Below are positions 9,350-21,615 of a DNA stretch of 64,000 nt, piece by piece. Location: NCBI GenBank assembly GCA_000004985.1, contig GG738928.1. One strand, written 5' to 3'. The stretch is from Naegleria gruberi (Eukaryota). Below the pieces are notes generated by a model, which made no database searches, had not been told where the DNA came from, and was given only the letters and a program-made list of their open reading frames with translations. A program made the position numbers and the translations under genes. Numbering within the stretch: the first letter of the stretch is position 1; the number at the start of each line of letters is the position of its first letter.

Positions 9350-12300
9350 TTAAATCAATTTCGAATCATTCAACAAATTTTCTCTGGTTTTACCAGAATT
9401 TTCATAAAAAACAAACTCATCTGTTGTAGTAAATCTGGAAAAGGTATCATTCAAGTTGATAATAATCTGATCTTGTAGTGAGCTGATTGATTGTTGCAAT
9501 TTTTCATGGAATGCTTCTGGTATTTCCTTTTCATTCTTTGATTTCATTTCTTGATTGTTCTTGGCAGAGTTGACCAATTCACTAAGTGATTTTCTCATTT
9601 GTTTGAATTCGTTTCTAGTTTCGGATGGAATGTTAACTTCCTTAATGGAGCCACTTTCAATATAATTGGTAAATAATTCTTCAATCAATGAATTCACAGA
9701 GTCAATTCTGTCATTTGCTTTGATTAACTCTTGGAGTTGTTTCAGTTCCAAATATAAATGCAAGTTTTCTAATGAATATTCCTTTTTACAGAATGATTCG
9801 AATAGTTTCAGACCTTCTCTATTCGATAGTAATTGTTCCAATTCATCCTTTTCTTCATTACTCGATTGGTTTCTAAAATTCTTTTGTTTGATGAAATGAA
9901 CTAATCTCACAATAAGTGCAAATCCTCCAAATACCAACAAGTAACTAAACAAGTACAATATTTCAAATAGCAATGAAATTGAATCGTTCACTCTTGAATT
10001 TACATCACCTCTCTTGTAACTCAAACCTGACAATCCAATAATTTGTGAAATTACCAAAAATGTAAAGCAAACAATAAATAAAATCATTTCCACTCTAAAG
10101 TATAATGGAGTATCGAGTTGAATGAACCAATCATAAGCTCTCTTGATTGGAACTTTTGCCATTTTCTTGGCAGTTTCCTTATCAAACTTTTGTAAAGCTT
10201 CCTTGTTAAACGAAAGTGAACTATTTGATAAATTACTTGTTGATTTTTCATTACTATCCACAAGCATTTCAGATTCATTTCTAGAATTCAAAAGTGACAT
10301 GATCACATCTAACAAAATCAATGCACATATAAGAAATCCCAATGATAAAATCATAATTGTAAACGAAATTGAAACAATGTAAGAATATTCGATTCCTGTA
10401 ATGACACTCGTTCTCACAAGAATTACCCACAACGTCCAATACATTAGGTTCACGGTCATAAAGATTCCCATGATGGAAATCATTGCTCTTGTGGAGAGGA
10501 AAATTCTAATCACTCTCAAAATTTTGTCTCCCTTTTGGTACAATTGACTAGTTCTATCATTTTGGTTCAATGAGAATTTAATGGATAATCTATGATAGAA
10601 ATATTTGAGAATGTGAAATCTTGATGTCTGATACAAGTATGAAAACATTGCTGTCAAAGTCAAAGTGTTTACAATAATTGTAATAACATTCGAAACAATA
10701 TTCGATGCCAAATTACCATTTTCCAATTGAATCACCGTCGACTCTGTCAATCCCTCACTCTTCAATGATAATATCAACCCATTTCTAGTAGTATCCAACA
10801 AAATACTCCTCTGAACTATCAGAAATAGTCCACTTTCCACCACCAATGCAAACATTCCAATAAACGGAGTTACAAATCGACTCGCCAATGGTTGAGATTT
10901 TCGCATCACAATCAAGGCAACGAGAATTGAACTCGACAAGATGAAAAATAAAACACCAAATGAAATTTGTGCAATGTACAATTCGGATAATTGTTCGGCA
11001 GCCCTTAATGAATCAGTTGCGGTGTTATTAAGGGAGTTTTCGATAAAGGCAGCGAAGAGTGTGGTGTGCGTACATTTACAAATTAAATCTCCGTTTGATT
11101 GTAAAGTGGAAAGCGAGCAGCCGCTGGAATCCCATTGTAAAGTTGTTTCATTCCAGAATTTACAAGTGATTTGAGATGAATTGAGAGAATTGATTGTTTG
11201 ATTCAATATTGTAAAGTTAATTGAAATTGGTTGAGTCAATTCTGAAAGTGGTAATGTTTTACCTCCTAAATAAAGAGTGAAATCTTTAGAGTTGGTCAAT
11301 TGAGTTTGATTTGAAGTAAATAGAGGATTAGTATAGGTTATGAGTGATAATCCAACTTCCTTATTGTAGCCATCGTATTTTGTTAGAATGTAATCCGAAT
11401 CTAAACTAATGTCGGAGAATTTTTCTAATTTAGTGCTGTTAGAATTCTTAATAAATGTTGAAACTGTTACATTAATCAAATCTGATGAATAAACTGTGGA
11501 AATAATAGATTCGGATAATAATTTGACCGATTGCTGCAATAATAGAACAGATGTCAATTGAGTACAAGTATTCGAAACATTTGAGAAACCAAAAGAAAGT
11601 AAATTACTTGCACTTGTCAAGGTTGTTTGTAAATCAGAATCTGAAATTCTTTGCTTTGTAACGTAGCCAAGAGTTTCCTTTTCTTTTTTGTAAATTTCAT
11701 TAACTTGATTCAAATAATTTCCTAATTTGTCATTAATTGCTGTAGCAACCTCATTGGAAGAAGCTGATAAAGTAATTTGTTTCAGATTTTCCAAAGCAGT
11801 GGACGGATTGGAAATGTCAATTGTCATCTTATTGACAGACTCTACAAGTACTGAACTAGTTACTTCCTTTCTCAATTTTAAACTTGTATCATATGGAAAT
11901 ACAGTTGCAATACTACCCATTCTTGCTTTCAAAACTTCTGAAGAATCGTCCAAATTTGCACTAATCGAAACTGAACTAATCGATTGAGAATATTCAGTCC
12001 CCAACGCATCCAAACAAATTACAAACAATTCCAAACTTTGACTTGTAGCCAAACTTGTTTCATTCAAATAGGGAAGATACACAGAATCTCTTCCACTTGT
12101 CAAAAATTCTGAAATTCTAATCATTGAATTCTTAAATTTAAATCCAAAAGCAAATTTGAGAGGAGAAAGAAACAATCGACTCGCATTCGAATCTGTAAAA
12201 TTCCAAGCACCTACAACTTCCTCAATAATAAAACTTGTTTTCAGTGCAACACCTGACAATGGTTGAATATTAACAATTGCCATTGGATTTCGAATTGGTG

Positions 12301-13742
12301 GTGCGACGAGAATTACTTGTTGTGAAATGGCGATGATTTGATCCTTAATTGGCTTAATAAGGAGTGTGAAGGTGAGATTTCCAGAGGATTGGATGGTTGG
12401 TTGGATTTTGATGGAAATGATGGGATTGAAGGTCAATGTGAATAAGTTGGCGTTGTTTTTTGGTTTCGTCAAGATTCCAATAACATTTTCATCTGCTGAA
12501 ATAACTTCAGAACCAAACATGAATGAATATTTCAATGAAATGGTACAATTTGCAGTAGCACACTCATCCCTTGTTAATTTCAAATCTGAACTAGTTCTCA
12601 ATTCAACGCTCACAATATTGAAATCAACATTGTTTTTCACACCATTCACAAGTACTTGTGGAATTCCAATAGCATTCAGTGATCTTTCCACTAAAAGTGA
12701 ACAATCTATACCTAAATATCCTCCAGTACAAGTACAAAAGTCAGGTTGTAGACAATTGCCATTTCCAGAACAAACATTCGGTGAATTAGCCGAAACTCCA
12801 AAACAAATTGGAATGAAACAATTAGGTCCAGTATATCCAGGTGAACAAGTACAATTATTTGAAGAAGCACAAATACCATTTCCTGAACAAACTCTATTAT
12901 CATTTGCAGCAATTCCAAAACAACCAATCGAGCCACAATTATTTCCATAAAAACCTGGTTGACATTGACACTTGTTCATTTCAATGCATTCACCCCTTCC
13001 TGAGCAAACACTGCTACTGTTAGTACTCTCAATTCCAAAACACCAATTTGTAACACACATTGTTTTGAACTCATTCAAATAATAACCACTTTCACATGAT
13101 GGAGTTAGTGATCTAATTCTCTTTTTCAAAAATTCTGAAATATAAATTACACCACTTGTCTCATTAAATACTAAACCTCTTGCATCACTCACTGAACTAT
13201 CCAGAGCATCAGTGTTTTCATATGAAGTTGTGCTATTTCCAGCAATCATTGTAAGAGTTCCATTCTTGTCAATTCTGAAAATTCTTCCCTTATATGTTTC
13301 TGTTACAAAGACAGTTTCGTCCTTGGTAACGAATAAAGCACCACCTCCAATTGGGGAACCAGTGAATGCTAGTGTTGAAATATATCCAGTTTCGTTTATC
13401 ACTCTAACACCTTTCGTATCTGATAGGAAAATCTTTCCATTCCTAACAAAAATATCAAAAGGAGACTGAAGAATAGCACTAGTAGCTAGAACACCCTCTC
13501 CAGAATACGAAGAATCCAAATCACTTCCTGCTATTAATGAAATTATTCCATTCTTGACTAATCTAACTCTCGACTTGTCTATCAGGTAAAATTCATTCTC
13601 TGAAATTGCAAAGATTGAATTTGGACCTTTCAGAGCACTAAAAGCAGATCCATTTTCAGTGAAGGAAGACAAGGAGAAATCAGAATAGTTTCCAGCAACT
13701 GTGGAGACGAAACTATTCGGCCAATCACGAAGAGAAAGTTTT
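9350..13742 (-). CDS. Adhesion-GPCR-like 7TM-RGS protein, exon 2 of 2
   Basis: Acceptor TTGTCAG at 13743-13749 gives an 89-nt intron (13743-13831) and an in-frame join (…FYVDR|KLSLRDWPNSF…). The track ORF 9350..13672 starts at a TTG. Domain order: NHL-type repeats; about 4 EGF-like Cys modules (CSGRGECIEMNKCQCQPGFYGNNC…); long S/T-rich stalk; GPS-like motif CKFWNETTLQWDSSGCS…LICKCTHTTLFAAF; seven hydrophobic helices; C-terminal RGS domain (FESFCKKEYSLENLHLYLELKQLQEL…EELFTNYIESGSIKEVNIP). Confidence 0.75.
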
Positions 13743-13831
13743 CTGACAATTCTATGTATTCTAATGATTAAAGATAATGATGAAATTGTTATATTGTGAT
13801 ATTGTGTGAAAATGTCATGTTATTAGCTTAC

Positions 13832-14187
13832 CTGTCAACGTAAAAGAGGGTGTCATTGAAAATACTCGAGTCAGCCACAGTTGACATACAAATAGTGTTC
13901 TGATTACCATCAGGAGTGTATATTGAAGTGTTGTTTCCAATCTTGTTAGGAGAAAAACTTTCACTTTCCAATGAAAAGATTCGAATAGTACGGTTTAAAC
14001 CATCAGAAACGATTAGTTCGTTGTTGTATAAGGAAATTCCATACATTCCAATATCTGGTGTAGAAATTGGACCAATAGTCTTGATAATGTATTTAACACT
14101 AGCTTGTTTTTGTTCTTGTCCATCAACAGCCACAAACAGTAACAACACAATTGACAACAACAACCATGTATGACAGTTGACTTTCAT
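13832..14187 (-). CDS. Adhesion-GPCR-like 7TM-RGS protein, exon 1 of 2 (signal peptide + first NHL-like repeat)
   Basis: ATG at 14187, signal peptide MKVNCHTWLLLSIVLLLFVAVDG. Exon ends AG|GTAAGC (phase 2). Confidence 0.65.
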
Positions 14188-15035
14188 TTCAATATTTTTT
14201 TTGCAAAGTCTAGAGCTGTTGGATTTTCTTTGGTTATAAGCTGCGAGACTTTTCCTGCCAAGGGTGGAAAGGAACTAACAGGAACCTTTCGAATAGATTG
14301 CAACATATTATTTGATTCTTGGAAACAGAATACCTGACTGGTTTCCGTTCTAGGAAGATTATAACTGCAAGGTAATTTCCAGTTGCCCCCACACACGGGT
14401 CGACTAATAATTTCTGATTCATGTTTTAGAATGAATCCGTGTTTTCTCAAAGTATTAGAAATAGTTTTGTATGTAGGAGAACATTGTTTTCTTGCAAGAA
14501 GTGATGTGAAATTTTATTGGATTTTGAAAGTTTTGCAGATTGTTACTCCGTTCTTTTTAATTTACTCATCAAACACCACAACATGAAATTCATATATTAA
14601 TAACAATGTTATGCCAACACTTTAAATAGTTTGAAAGTTTGAAATATTCGAAACATCAAAAAAAGATGTTATCAAGATCAACTACTCCAATTACTAGAAG
14701 TATAATTAAAGCTTCTTCAACAGCTCCCATTGTCAACTTTATCAAGAGACTATCCTCAATGGACAAAAAGGAAAATGGACTAAACCAATTCCTCACAACC
14801 TTTCATTCACTAACACTAACAGTGGATCATCCACATTCAGATCCTATCACAATTATTCAATGCCAGATTATATGGTAAAGGAAATATCGAACTGAGACAA
14901 CAAAACAATGATGCTGCAAACTCTTTTGGTTTCTACTCTTTCAAAAACAATAATCAGCTTGCTCTATTTATACAGTTTAGTAGTGTTAGATACAAAGCAA
15001 CTATTTCCTGTAAGATTGAATTTAAGGCTAAAATT

Positions 15036-15108
15036 TGCCGACACCAGGGATCGAACCAGGGACCTTAAGATCTTCAGTCTTACGCTCTCCCAACTGAGCT
15101 ATGTCGGC
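15036..15108 (-). tRNA. tRNA-Phe (GAA)
   Basis: Minus strand reads GCCGACATAGCTCAGTTGGGAGAGCGTAAGACTGAAGATCTTAAGGTCCCTGGTTCGATCCCTGGTGTCGGCA, a canonical cloverleaf. Anticodon loop CTGAAGA (GAA), discriminator A, then a T-run terminator (AATTTT). Confidence 0.95.
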
Positions 15109-15359
15109 TTCTTATTAAGAAATAAACCTCGTCATAATTCCTTAACTTCACAACAAATAAAATCTACTGAATGTGTATTGAAAGTTCACTTTTCCTGATT
15201 TTATTTTGAAAGTGTGTGTTTGGTAGAGAAAGGTCGTCTCTTCTTCAAATTTTCGTTGAAGATACCTGTTTTTTTCCAAAGTACCAATCATGTCATATCA
15301 GTATGGATGTCCAAGGTCGTACAAGTCAAAAATTAGCCAAAGCCAAGGCGTCTCCGATC

Positions 15360-16463
15360 CTATTGCAAAGAACAATTCTGTTTTTTTGAGGCAAAACTAG
15401 TGTGAAATCTGAAAGCCATGGCAGATCTGTAAACTTCATCAAAGACTGATTTGAGCCCCTCTTGTGTTAAGCTTGAACAGTAACCTATTTTTACGAGATG
15501 TGGAAAGCTATGAAGTTTTCTTTCCAGAGTATGTTGTCCTACTAGTGAAAAGGTATCCAAATCCTTTCCTGTTATTATAATATGAATTGGAATAAGGGGA
15601 AAAGTCATGGCAAGTTTTCTCAAATTCTGAAGAATACGTTTCTCAAATAATTGTTCATCATTCACAAAATTATTCAGTTCTGTACATTTACAAGTAAAAG
15701 CCACAACATTGAAAGGTTGCTTGATAACTTCTTGAACAATCTTCTCATTTGATAGAGACATGCACTGCATTGTGCACATTATCATACATCCATCAATCAT
15801 AATATTTGCTTCAAACAATGACTCCTTTTCCATCATACCCTCTTCTGCGAAGAAATTAGTACAATAAGTACAGAGTAAACTTGATTTTCCACTTTTAGGA
15901 AGCCCTACAATTCCAATATTCAGCCGTAAAGGTGTTGATATTGAACTACCCGCTCGTCCCAAGACAACATAAGGTGATTTACCATCATATTTTGGTAGAG
16001 AACTTTCTAATAATTCTCTTTCAAAATTAATCATTTCTCTAAAGATGTGAAATATTGTCTTGACAGAGTTTAATCTCAGCCCTAACAATTCTAATTGGTA
16101 AATGATAAAAGTCTTGTTCTCTTCCAAACTATTCTCTTTCAATTCTTCAAATTTCGGTAAATTCCTATATAATTGCAATAACTTTCTGTATTGATTTACA
16201 TCTACAATCCAATTAGACTTTGATCCTTCCTCTAAAATCATTCCTTCAATACAATTTACTACTCTCCTATAAATTTCCATTCTGCTCTTCATCAATTCCA
16301 TTCCGAAACGATTTAAAATTTCATCAACTTGTTCTTCATCTCTCAGAGAAACTGAGAGAAAATAAAGTAAATAATACCGATCAGCATAGCCCAGAAATTT
16401 AATGATCTCATTGAAACAATCATGTTGCTCTGAATACAACTGAGCAAGGAGGCAACTCGACAT
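15360..16463 (-). CDS. P-loop GTPase-like protein (Ras-superfamily-like G domain, N-terminal helical region)
   Basis: 367-aa single exon with ATG at 16463. Walker A GLPKSGKSSLL, candidate G4 ITGKDLD. Subfamily not assignable by eye. Confidence 0.5.
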   Translation of the reverse strand: MSSCLLAQLYSEQHDCFNEIIKFLGYADRYYLLYFLSVSLRDEEQVDEILNRFGMELMKSRMEIYRRVVNCIEGMILEEGSKSNWIVDVNQYRKLLQLYRNLPKFEELKENSLEENKTFIIYQLELLGLRLNSVKTIFHIFREMINFERELLESSLPKYDGKSPYVVLGRAGSSISTPLRLNIGIVGLPKSGKSSLLCTYCTNFFAEEGMMEKESLFEANIMIDGCMIMCTMQCMSLSNEKIVQEVIKQPFNVVAFTCKCTELNNFVNDEQLFEKRILQNLRKLAMTFPLIPIHIIITGKDLDTFSLVGQHTLERKLHSFPHLVKIGYCSSLTQEGLKSVFDEVYRSAMAFRFHTSFASKKQNCSLQ

Positions 16464-16838
16464 TTTTTAAAAGGCTTGCATATTTATATTTATTTTATTA
16501 TTTTGTGGTTTTATAAATATCATCCACATGGTGTAAGAACTTTTGCCACCAATTACGTACTTGACTTTAGACATTTTAGGTTATTTTTGCCTGTTTTTCT
16601 GAAAAACAGATTTTGTAATGATGGCTGATTTCTGACGGTTCTGCCACTACAGATCTGCCATCCTTTTTTTCTTACAGAGCTTTCCACCAAATTCTTAATA
16701 AACTAACTTTTAGCCTTAAGCAAACTAATTTTCAAGAATAAACTCAATAAACAATAAAACCATCCACTACGGAGCCAACCTCCAATAGAATTAAATTAGA
16801 ATCTCGAGATATTTGGTAATAATCAAAATATTTGCGAT

Positions 16839-19284
16839 ATGGCAAATCCAGCCAAATTAAAAAAAATGCGAACTTTATTATCTTTCGTAATCTTGCTCTA
16901 TTTATTCACTATTGTGGTCACAGGTGAGGTGAAATCCATTCAGCAACAACAGCAACGAGAATCCTCATTCACTTTCTTCCTGGATTCTTATCAAGGAACG
17001 GAAACAAATGTTTCATGTCTTGATGAATCCATTCCATGTGTTTACATGTCTCAAGTTATAGACTCGGCACGATCAATATTACAGCTGGGAAACAATTCCT
17101 CAACATTATCTTTAGAGATGAATATTCTAGTAAGAGGAGAAGTAATTGACTGCGATATTCTAATTGACTTTACTAATTTTACATCAAATTTTAAATTGAA
17201 TATTGTTGGGTGGGATGATGACGACTATTTCCTATCATCATGTTATCCTTTTCTACATGTAAATAGTAAAATAGATGAGTTGACCATTGTAAAGGGGTAT
17301 TCAATTCGAATAATAATTGTATTTAATTATGAAATGAAGAATTTATCCATTTCTAAATGTAAAGGAAGTCTTACTATTCAAACTTCAATTGAAAATGCAA
17401 ACATCTTGGAAAGCGAATTTAATTCATTAGAAATTACAAGTCAGATTCAAAATCTTGTTATACTAAACGATTCGATTACTTACTTACAAGGAAATTTGAA
17501 AGCTAAACAAGTGAAAATGGAAACTATTAATATTTCCAATTTTAAATTAGTGGAAATTAAGAATTGTCATTGGAGTTCATTCTCAGGGACAAGTTTATTT
17601 CATGGCGGAGAGAAATTCTCAATTCTTTCAAGTATTATTACAGGCCCAATGATGTTTGAAGTTGTGAGTGTTTTGGAAATAATCAACGTCACTGTTAGCA
17701 GGGTTAATTTTGAGCCAGAGAATGGAAATTTTTTTGGAATAGCCACAGTTGACCAAGTGACAATTGAAAGATGTAATTTTGTGGATAATACTATTGGTGG
17801 AAGTATGATTTCAGTACAACGTTGTAAAAATTTACTTATTGTTAATTGTAAACATTCCAATAATTTATCCAAGTTTATTACAATCCTGTCATCTAGTAGG
17901 AATCGAATTACAATTCAAGATTCTGAATTTTTCAATAATCAGGCAAGTGATGCCTTAATTGTTTTTGATTCCAATTATGTTGTAGATAGCACTATATTAC
18001 TATTAGATAATTGTAATTTTGTGAATAATATTGGAGGATTGACTGGATCCGCTCTGAAAATAACTAAAGCTAATGTTCTCATTTCGAGTTGTAACTTTTC
18101 ATTTAATAAGGCAGGTTATGGAGGAGCTGTCTATATGATAAGTCAACTTTCTACTGTTATCGAATATTCAAATTTCACTAACAATGAAGCAACTCAATCA
18201 GGCGGTGCAATTTATGTGGGAGATGTTTCAAATCTACGACAATGGGAAACAGTAGAAACAATTTGTGATTCTAATAACGCATTGGAAGCTGGAGGATGTT
18301 TATATATGAAAGGTAAATCAAAGATTGATGTGGTGTATAATTTTGCTGGAATCAATAAGGCAATTTGTTATGGTAACAATATTGCTACAGAACTCACAAA
18401 AAAGAAGTTTGAATTTAGACTCAATGGATTCGAATATCAATTGATTACCAATCAGAGTATTCAAATTTATCCAGGAGAATCCCTGGATTTGAGAATTATA
18501 TTATCAGATAGATACAATCAGAAAAGTGTAATGCTTCCTGAAAATCAAATGTCTATGAAAATCAATTCTAATAATTTAGTTTTACAAACACAAGGTTTTA
18601 CAAGCGGAAATGATAGCATACTTTCGAATAATATTCAAATACTTCTTAAAGAATATCAATATGCCAACTTCCATGAAGAAACAACTTTTTCATTCATATT
18701 GAAAGATATCGAACATTCGATTAGAATGAAATTGGTTGATTGTCCACCAGGATATACCATTTCTAAAAATTATGGAAATGTCAAATGTGAATACATTCCA
18801 ATAGAAATCATTCTTCCAGCTGCTATTGTTGGTGCTATTTCCTTAATTATTATATTTGTGACTGTAATTTTGGTGGGAATTTATATTGTTAAAAAACTCA
18901 AAAAATTGAGAAGACAAGAAAGAGCAGAAAAGGAAATTCAAAAGAAATTTATTGATAATTCTTTTGTTTTCAATAATGGCAGCAATGGTTCAGATTTGAG
19001 TGTTCCACTGGTTGAAAAATCTTTCAACTCTGAGGATTCTATTCGATACACTATTCCAATTGCAGAAATTGATATATTATCTAAAATTGGAGAAGGATCT
19101 AACGGATTAGTATATAAAGCAAAGTGGAACAGGACAGATGTTGCCATAAAACAATTGAAAACTTTAGGAGAAGAGGATGATGAAGAGTTTGAAAGAGAAG
19201 CTCTTTTAATGAGCTCATTAAGACATCCGTCAGTTGTTAGTTGCTACGGAGTTTCAATAACCAACGACAGCAAGTATATGGTTG
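16839..19284 (+). CDS. Receptor-type protein kinase, exon 1 of 5 (signal peptide, beta-helix ectodomain, TM, kinase subdomains I-V)
   Basis: Signal peptide LLSFVILLYLFTIVVTG. Repeated PbH1-like units (GGSMISVQ, GGAVYMIS, SGGAIYVGD, AGGCLYMKG). TM helix ILPAAIVGAISLIIIFVTVILVGIYIV. Kinase start IGEGSNGLVYKAKW…VAIKQLK. Ends YMVV|GTAAGT. Confidence 0.8.
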
Positions 19285-19329
19285 TAAGTACTTACTTTTG
19301 AGAAATAATTTGAATTTATTGTATATTAG

Positions 19330-19487
19330 GTGGAATACTTGGAAAATGGAAGTCTTGAGAAGGCACTCTACAAGTCTAAAATTGGAAAAGAAAAATTGTC
19401 ATTCGAAACTAAATTGAATATTCTCTTGGATGTTGGAAAGGGTATGACCTATCTCCATTCGATAAGACCTAACAAGATTATTCATAG
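19330..19487 (+). CDS. Receptor-type protein kinase, exon 2 of 5
   Basis: Acceptor TATATTAG. Encodes EYLENGSLEKALYKSKIGKEKLSFETKLNILLDVGKGMTYLHSIRPNKIIH(R). Donor AG|GTAAGT, phase 2. Confidence 0.75.
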
Positions 19488-19541
19488 GTAAGTTTAGTTT
19501 CTATTTACTTTGGAGAGTTAACAATTTTCAGAGATTTGAAA

Positions 19542-19661
19542 CCGGGAAATATTTTGCTTACCAAAAATTTAAATGCCAAAGTGAGTGACTTTGGGCTCAG
19601 TAAGATGGTTTCGAATAATACAGCCACAATGACCACAAATGTTGGAACCTTATTATACATT
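19542..19661 (+). CDS. Receptor-type protein kinase, exon 3 of 5 (catalytic loop to activation loop)
   Basis: Acceptor TTTTCAG. Encodes (R)DLKPGNILLTKNLNAKVSDFGLSKMVSNNTATMTTNVGTLLYI (HRDLKPGN and DFG motifs). Donor T|GTAAGT. Confidence 0.75.
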
Positions 19662-19713
19662 GTAAGTTTTTCACAATATTCCATTTAACTAATTTAGCAA
19701 TTTCCATCTTTAG

Positions 19714-19719
19714 GCACCA
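19714..19719 (+). CDS. Receptor-type protein kinase, exon 4 of 5: 6-nt microexon GCACCA (Ala-Pro of the APE motif)
   Basis: Flanked by CTTTAG and GTAAGT. Omitting it deletes the invariant AP of Y-x-APE; including it gives GTLLYIAPELLSNYHKGQTTKLDVYSFG. Confidence 0.6.
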
Positions 19720-19768
19720 GTAAGTTTTAACAACAAATTAATCATTGATTTATTATTTAATATTTTAG

Positions 19769-20161
19769 GAATTATTATCTAATTATCACAAAGGACAAAC
19801 AACAAAATTGGATGTTTATTCATTTGGACTAATCATGTGGGAAGTTCTATTTGAAATGGTTCCATTTTCCAATGAACTATCTGATGCAACAACACCATTC
19901 TCTATTTTATTACAAGTAACCAATGGATTAAGACCTTCTCTTTCTGTTATGGGAGAACATTTCGAATATATTCAAGAATGGATTGAAGATCACTTTACAA
20001 TGAGAGAAATTCAAAAAATTGGAAAGCAAACCATTGAAAAATGTTTAAAAGATTATATTGAAGTGATGAAACTCTGTTGGTATAAGGAACCAAGCAATAG
20101 ACCAGAATTTATTGAAATTACAGAAAGTTTAGAATTAATTATTGAACAAATAAGGAAATGA
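19769..20161 (+). CDS. Receptor-type protein kinase, exon 5 of 5 (subdomains VIII-XI)
   Basis: Acceptor TATTTTAG. Encodes ELLSNYHKGQTTKLDVYSFGLIMWEVL…CWYKEPSNRPEF…IIEQIRK. Stop TGA at 20159-20161. Confidence 0.8.
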   Translation, partial: ELLSNYHKGQTTKLDVYSFGLIMWEVLFEMVPFSNELSDATTPFSILLQVTNGLRPSLSVMGEHFEYIQEWIEDHFTMREIQKIGKQTIEKCLKDYIEVMKLCWYKEPSNRPEFIEITESLELIIEQIRK

Positions 20162-20560
20162 TGATAATATTTTGACACTCATTCCAATTTTTCCAACATT
20201 CATTGATGGATTATTATCACCCAACTGAACAAGTATTTTAACATTTTCTTCAAGAATAATAAAATTTTGTAATCTTGCACCTTGTACAAGGTGCCTAATT
20301 AGCAACATGGATCAAAATCCAAAAATAAAAAATACAAAATAAAACACATTAAAAAAAACCAATAACAAATACCGTAGTAGCCGCATTATCTTTTTTTTTG
20401 CAAATACAACAACAACACTAGCTACGAATTAATCATCAACAATAACAACAACTACCCTAGCAATAATAATAACTACGCGTTAACAAAATCTATCTTTTTC
20501 GGATATGCCTCTCTTCTTGTAAAATATTAAAACTATAATAATTAAACCCTAGAATATATA

Positions 20561-21130
20561 ATGAACCGTATTTCTGAACCTAATCATACATTACATAATA
20601 CATGGACCTTATGGTATCACAGTCCTAGAAGTAAAATTAATGAACAAAATTATAAGGCTTTTTTCACCAAAGTTAAAGCTTTTACTACAATAGAGGATTT
20701 TTGGCGATTATTTAATAATGTTCGTTCACCATCATGTTTACCAATCGGAACAACATATTATTTAATGAAGGATGCTATTAAACCAGAGTGGGAAGATCCA
20801 AATTGTATCAATGGAGGAGAAATGGTTTTTAGTTTTGCTAAAAAATCAAGACAAGAAGCTGATCAATGGTGGTTGTTCTCTTGTATTATGTGTATCGGAG
20901 AAAACTTTATTGGATTGGGAGATCATATTTGTGGATGTACAGTTGCAAACAGAAAGAGTATGATTAGAATTAGTTTTTGGCTTGATACTGATGAGGATGA
21001 ATACGTCAAACGTTTGGAAGACCAATGCAAAGGTGCATTTGACATTCTCAGTGCTGGCTCAACCTTGTTCAAATTCGATTTTCGATCATTTAGAGCCAAT
21101 TTGTCCAAGATATCGAAAGCTGATGATTAA
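20561..21130 (+). CDS. eIF4E-family mRNA cap-binding protein (paralog 1)
   Basis: WTLWYH…EDFWRLFNNV…YYLMKDAIKPEWEDPNCINGGEMVF matches the eIF4E core (W-x-x-W, EDFW, G-I-x-P-x-WED, GG-x-W). Single exon. Confidence 0.85.
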   Translation: MNRISEPNHTLHNTWTLWYHSPRSKINEQNYKAFFTKVKAFTTIEDFWRLFNNVRSPSCLPIGTTYYLMKDAIKPEWEDPNCINGGEMVFSFAKKSRQEADQWWLFSCIMCIGENFIGLGDHICGCTVANRKSMIRISFWLDTDEDEYVKRLEDQCKGAFDILSAGSTLFKFDFRSFRANLSKISKADD

Positions 21131-21615
21131 TAAATATTGGCAAATCATCATGGACTATTAAGAATTCAATTTTTATTACTTTCAGAATATCTTACAAGGT
21201 TTTTATGTATTCAACAATATCTCACTTGACAATCACTGTTGTTGTAAGGTTGTGTGAACAATAAGAGACCTGTTTAAAGATTTTTAATAGACATGAGCAT
21301 GAGTAAATGAAGGAACCACCTAAAAGGGAATATTCAAATTAATAACAATACATCTCAATTCCAATTCCAATCACATCTTCTTAATTGTTTTGTAAAATTA
21401 TTTTTCAAAAACATCAAATGATGTAATAATTTTTATTAGGCTTGAAGACAAACTCGAAAATGTAAAATTAAAAATAATTATAAAAAAAAAATAAAAGAGT
21501 AGTAATCTAGACGTACCTCGCACTCTTTTACCTTCATCATCAAGCCTTGTTTTATTTAATAATAATAATACATTATCATCAAGCAACAACAATATTACTA
21601 GAATAGTACGATACT

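Noticed and set aside
13916-14450. ORFs 13916..14173(+), 14184..14450(-), 14234..14422(-), 14383..14586(+)
   Set aside because: Antisense to or immediately upstream of exon 1 of the 7TM-RGS gene. Short, no motifs.
14908-15198. 96-aa plus-strand ORF
   Set aside because: It overlaps tRNA-Phe on the opposite strand and has an AT-rich low-complexity leader. No coding signal.
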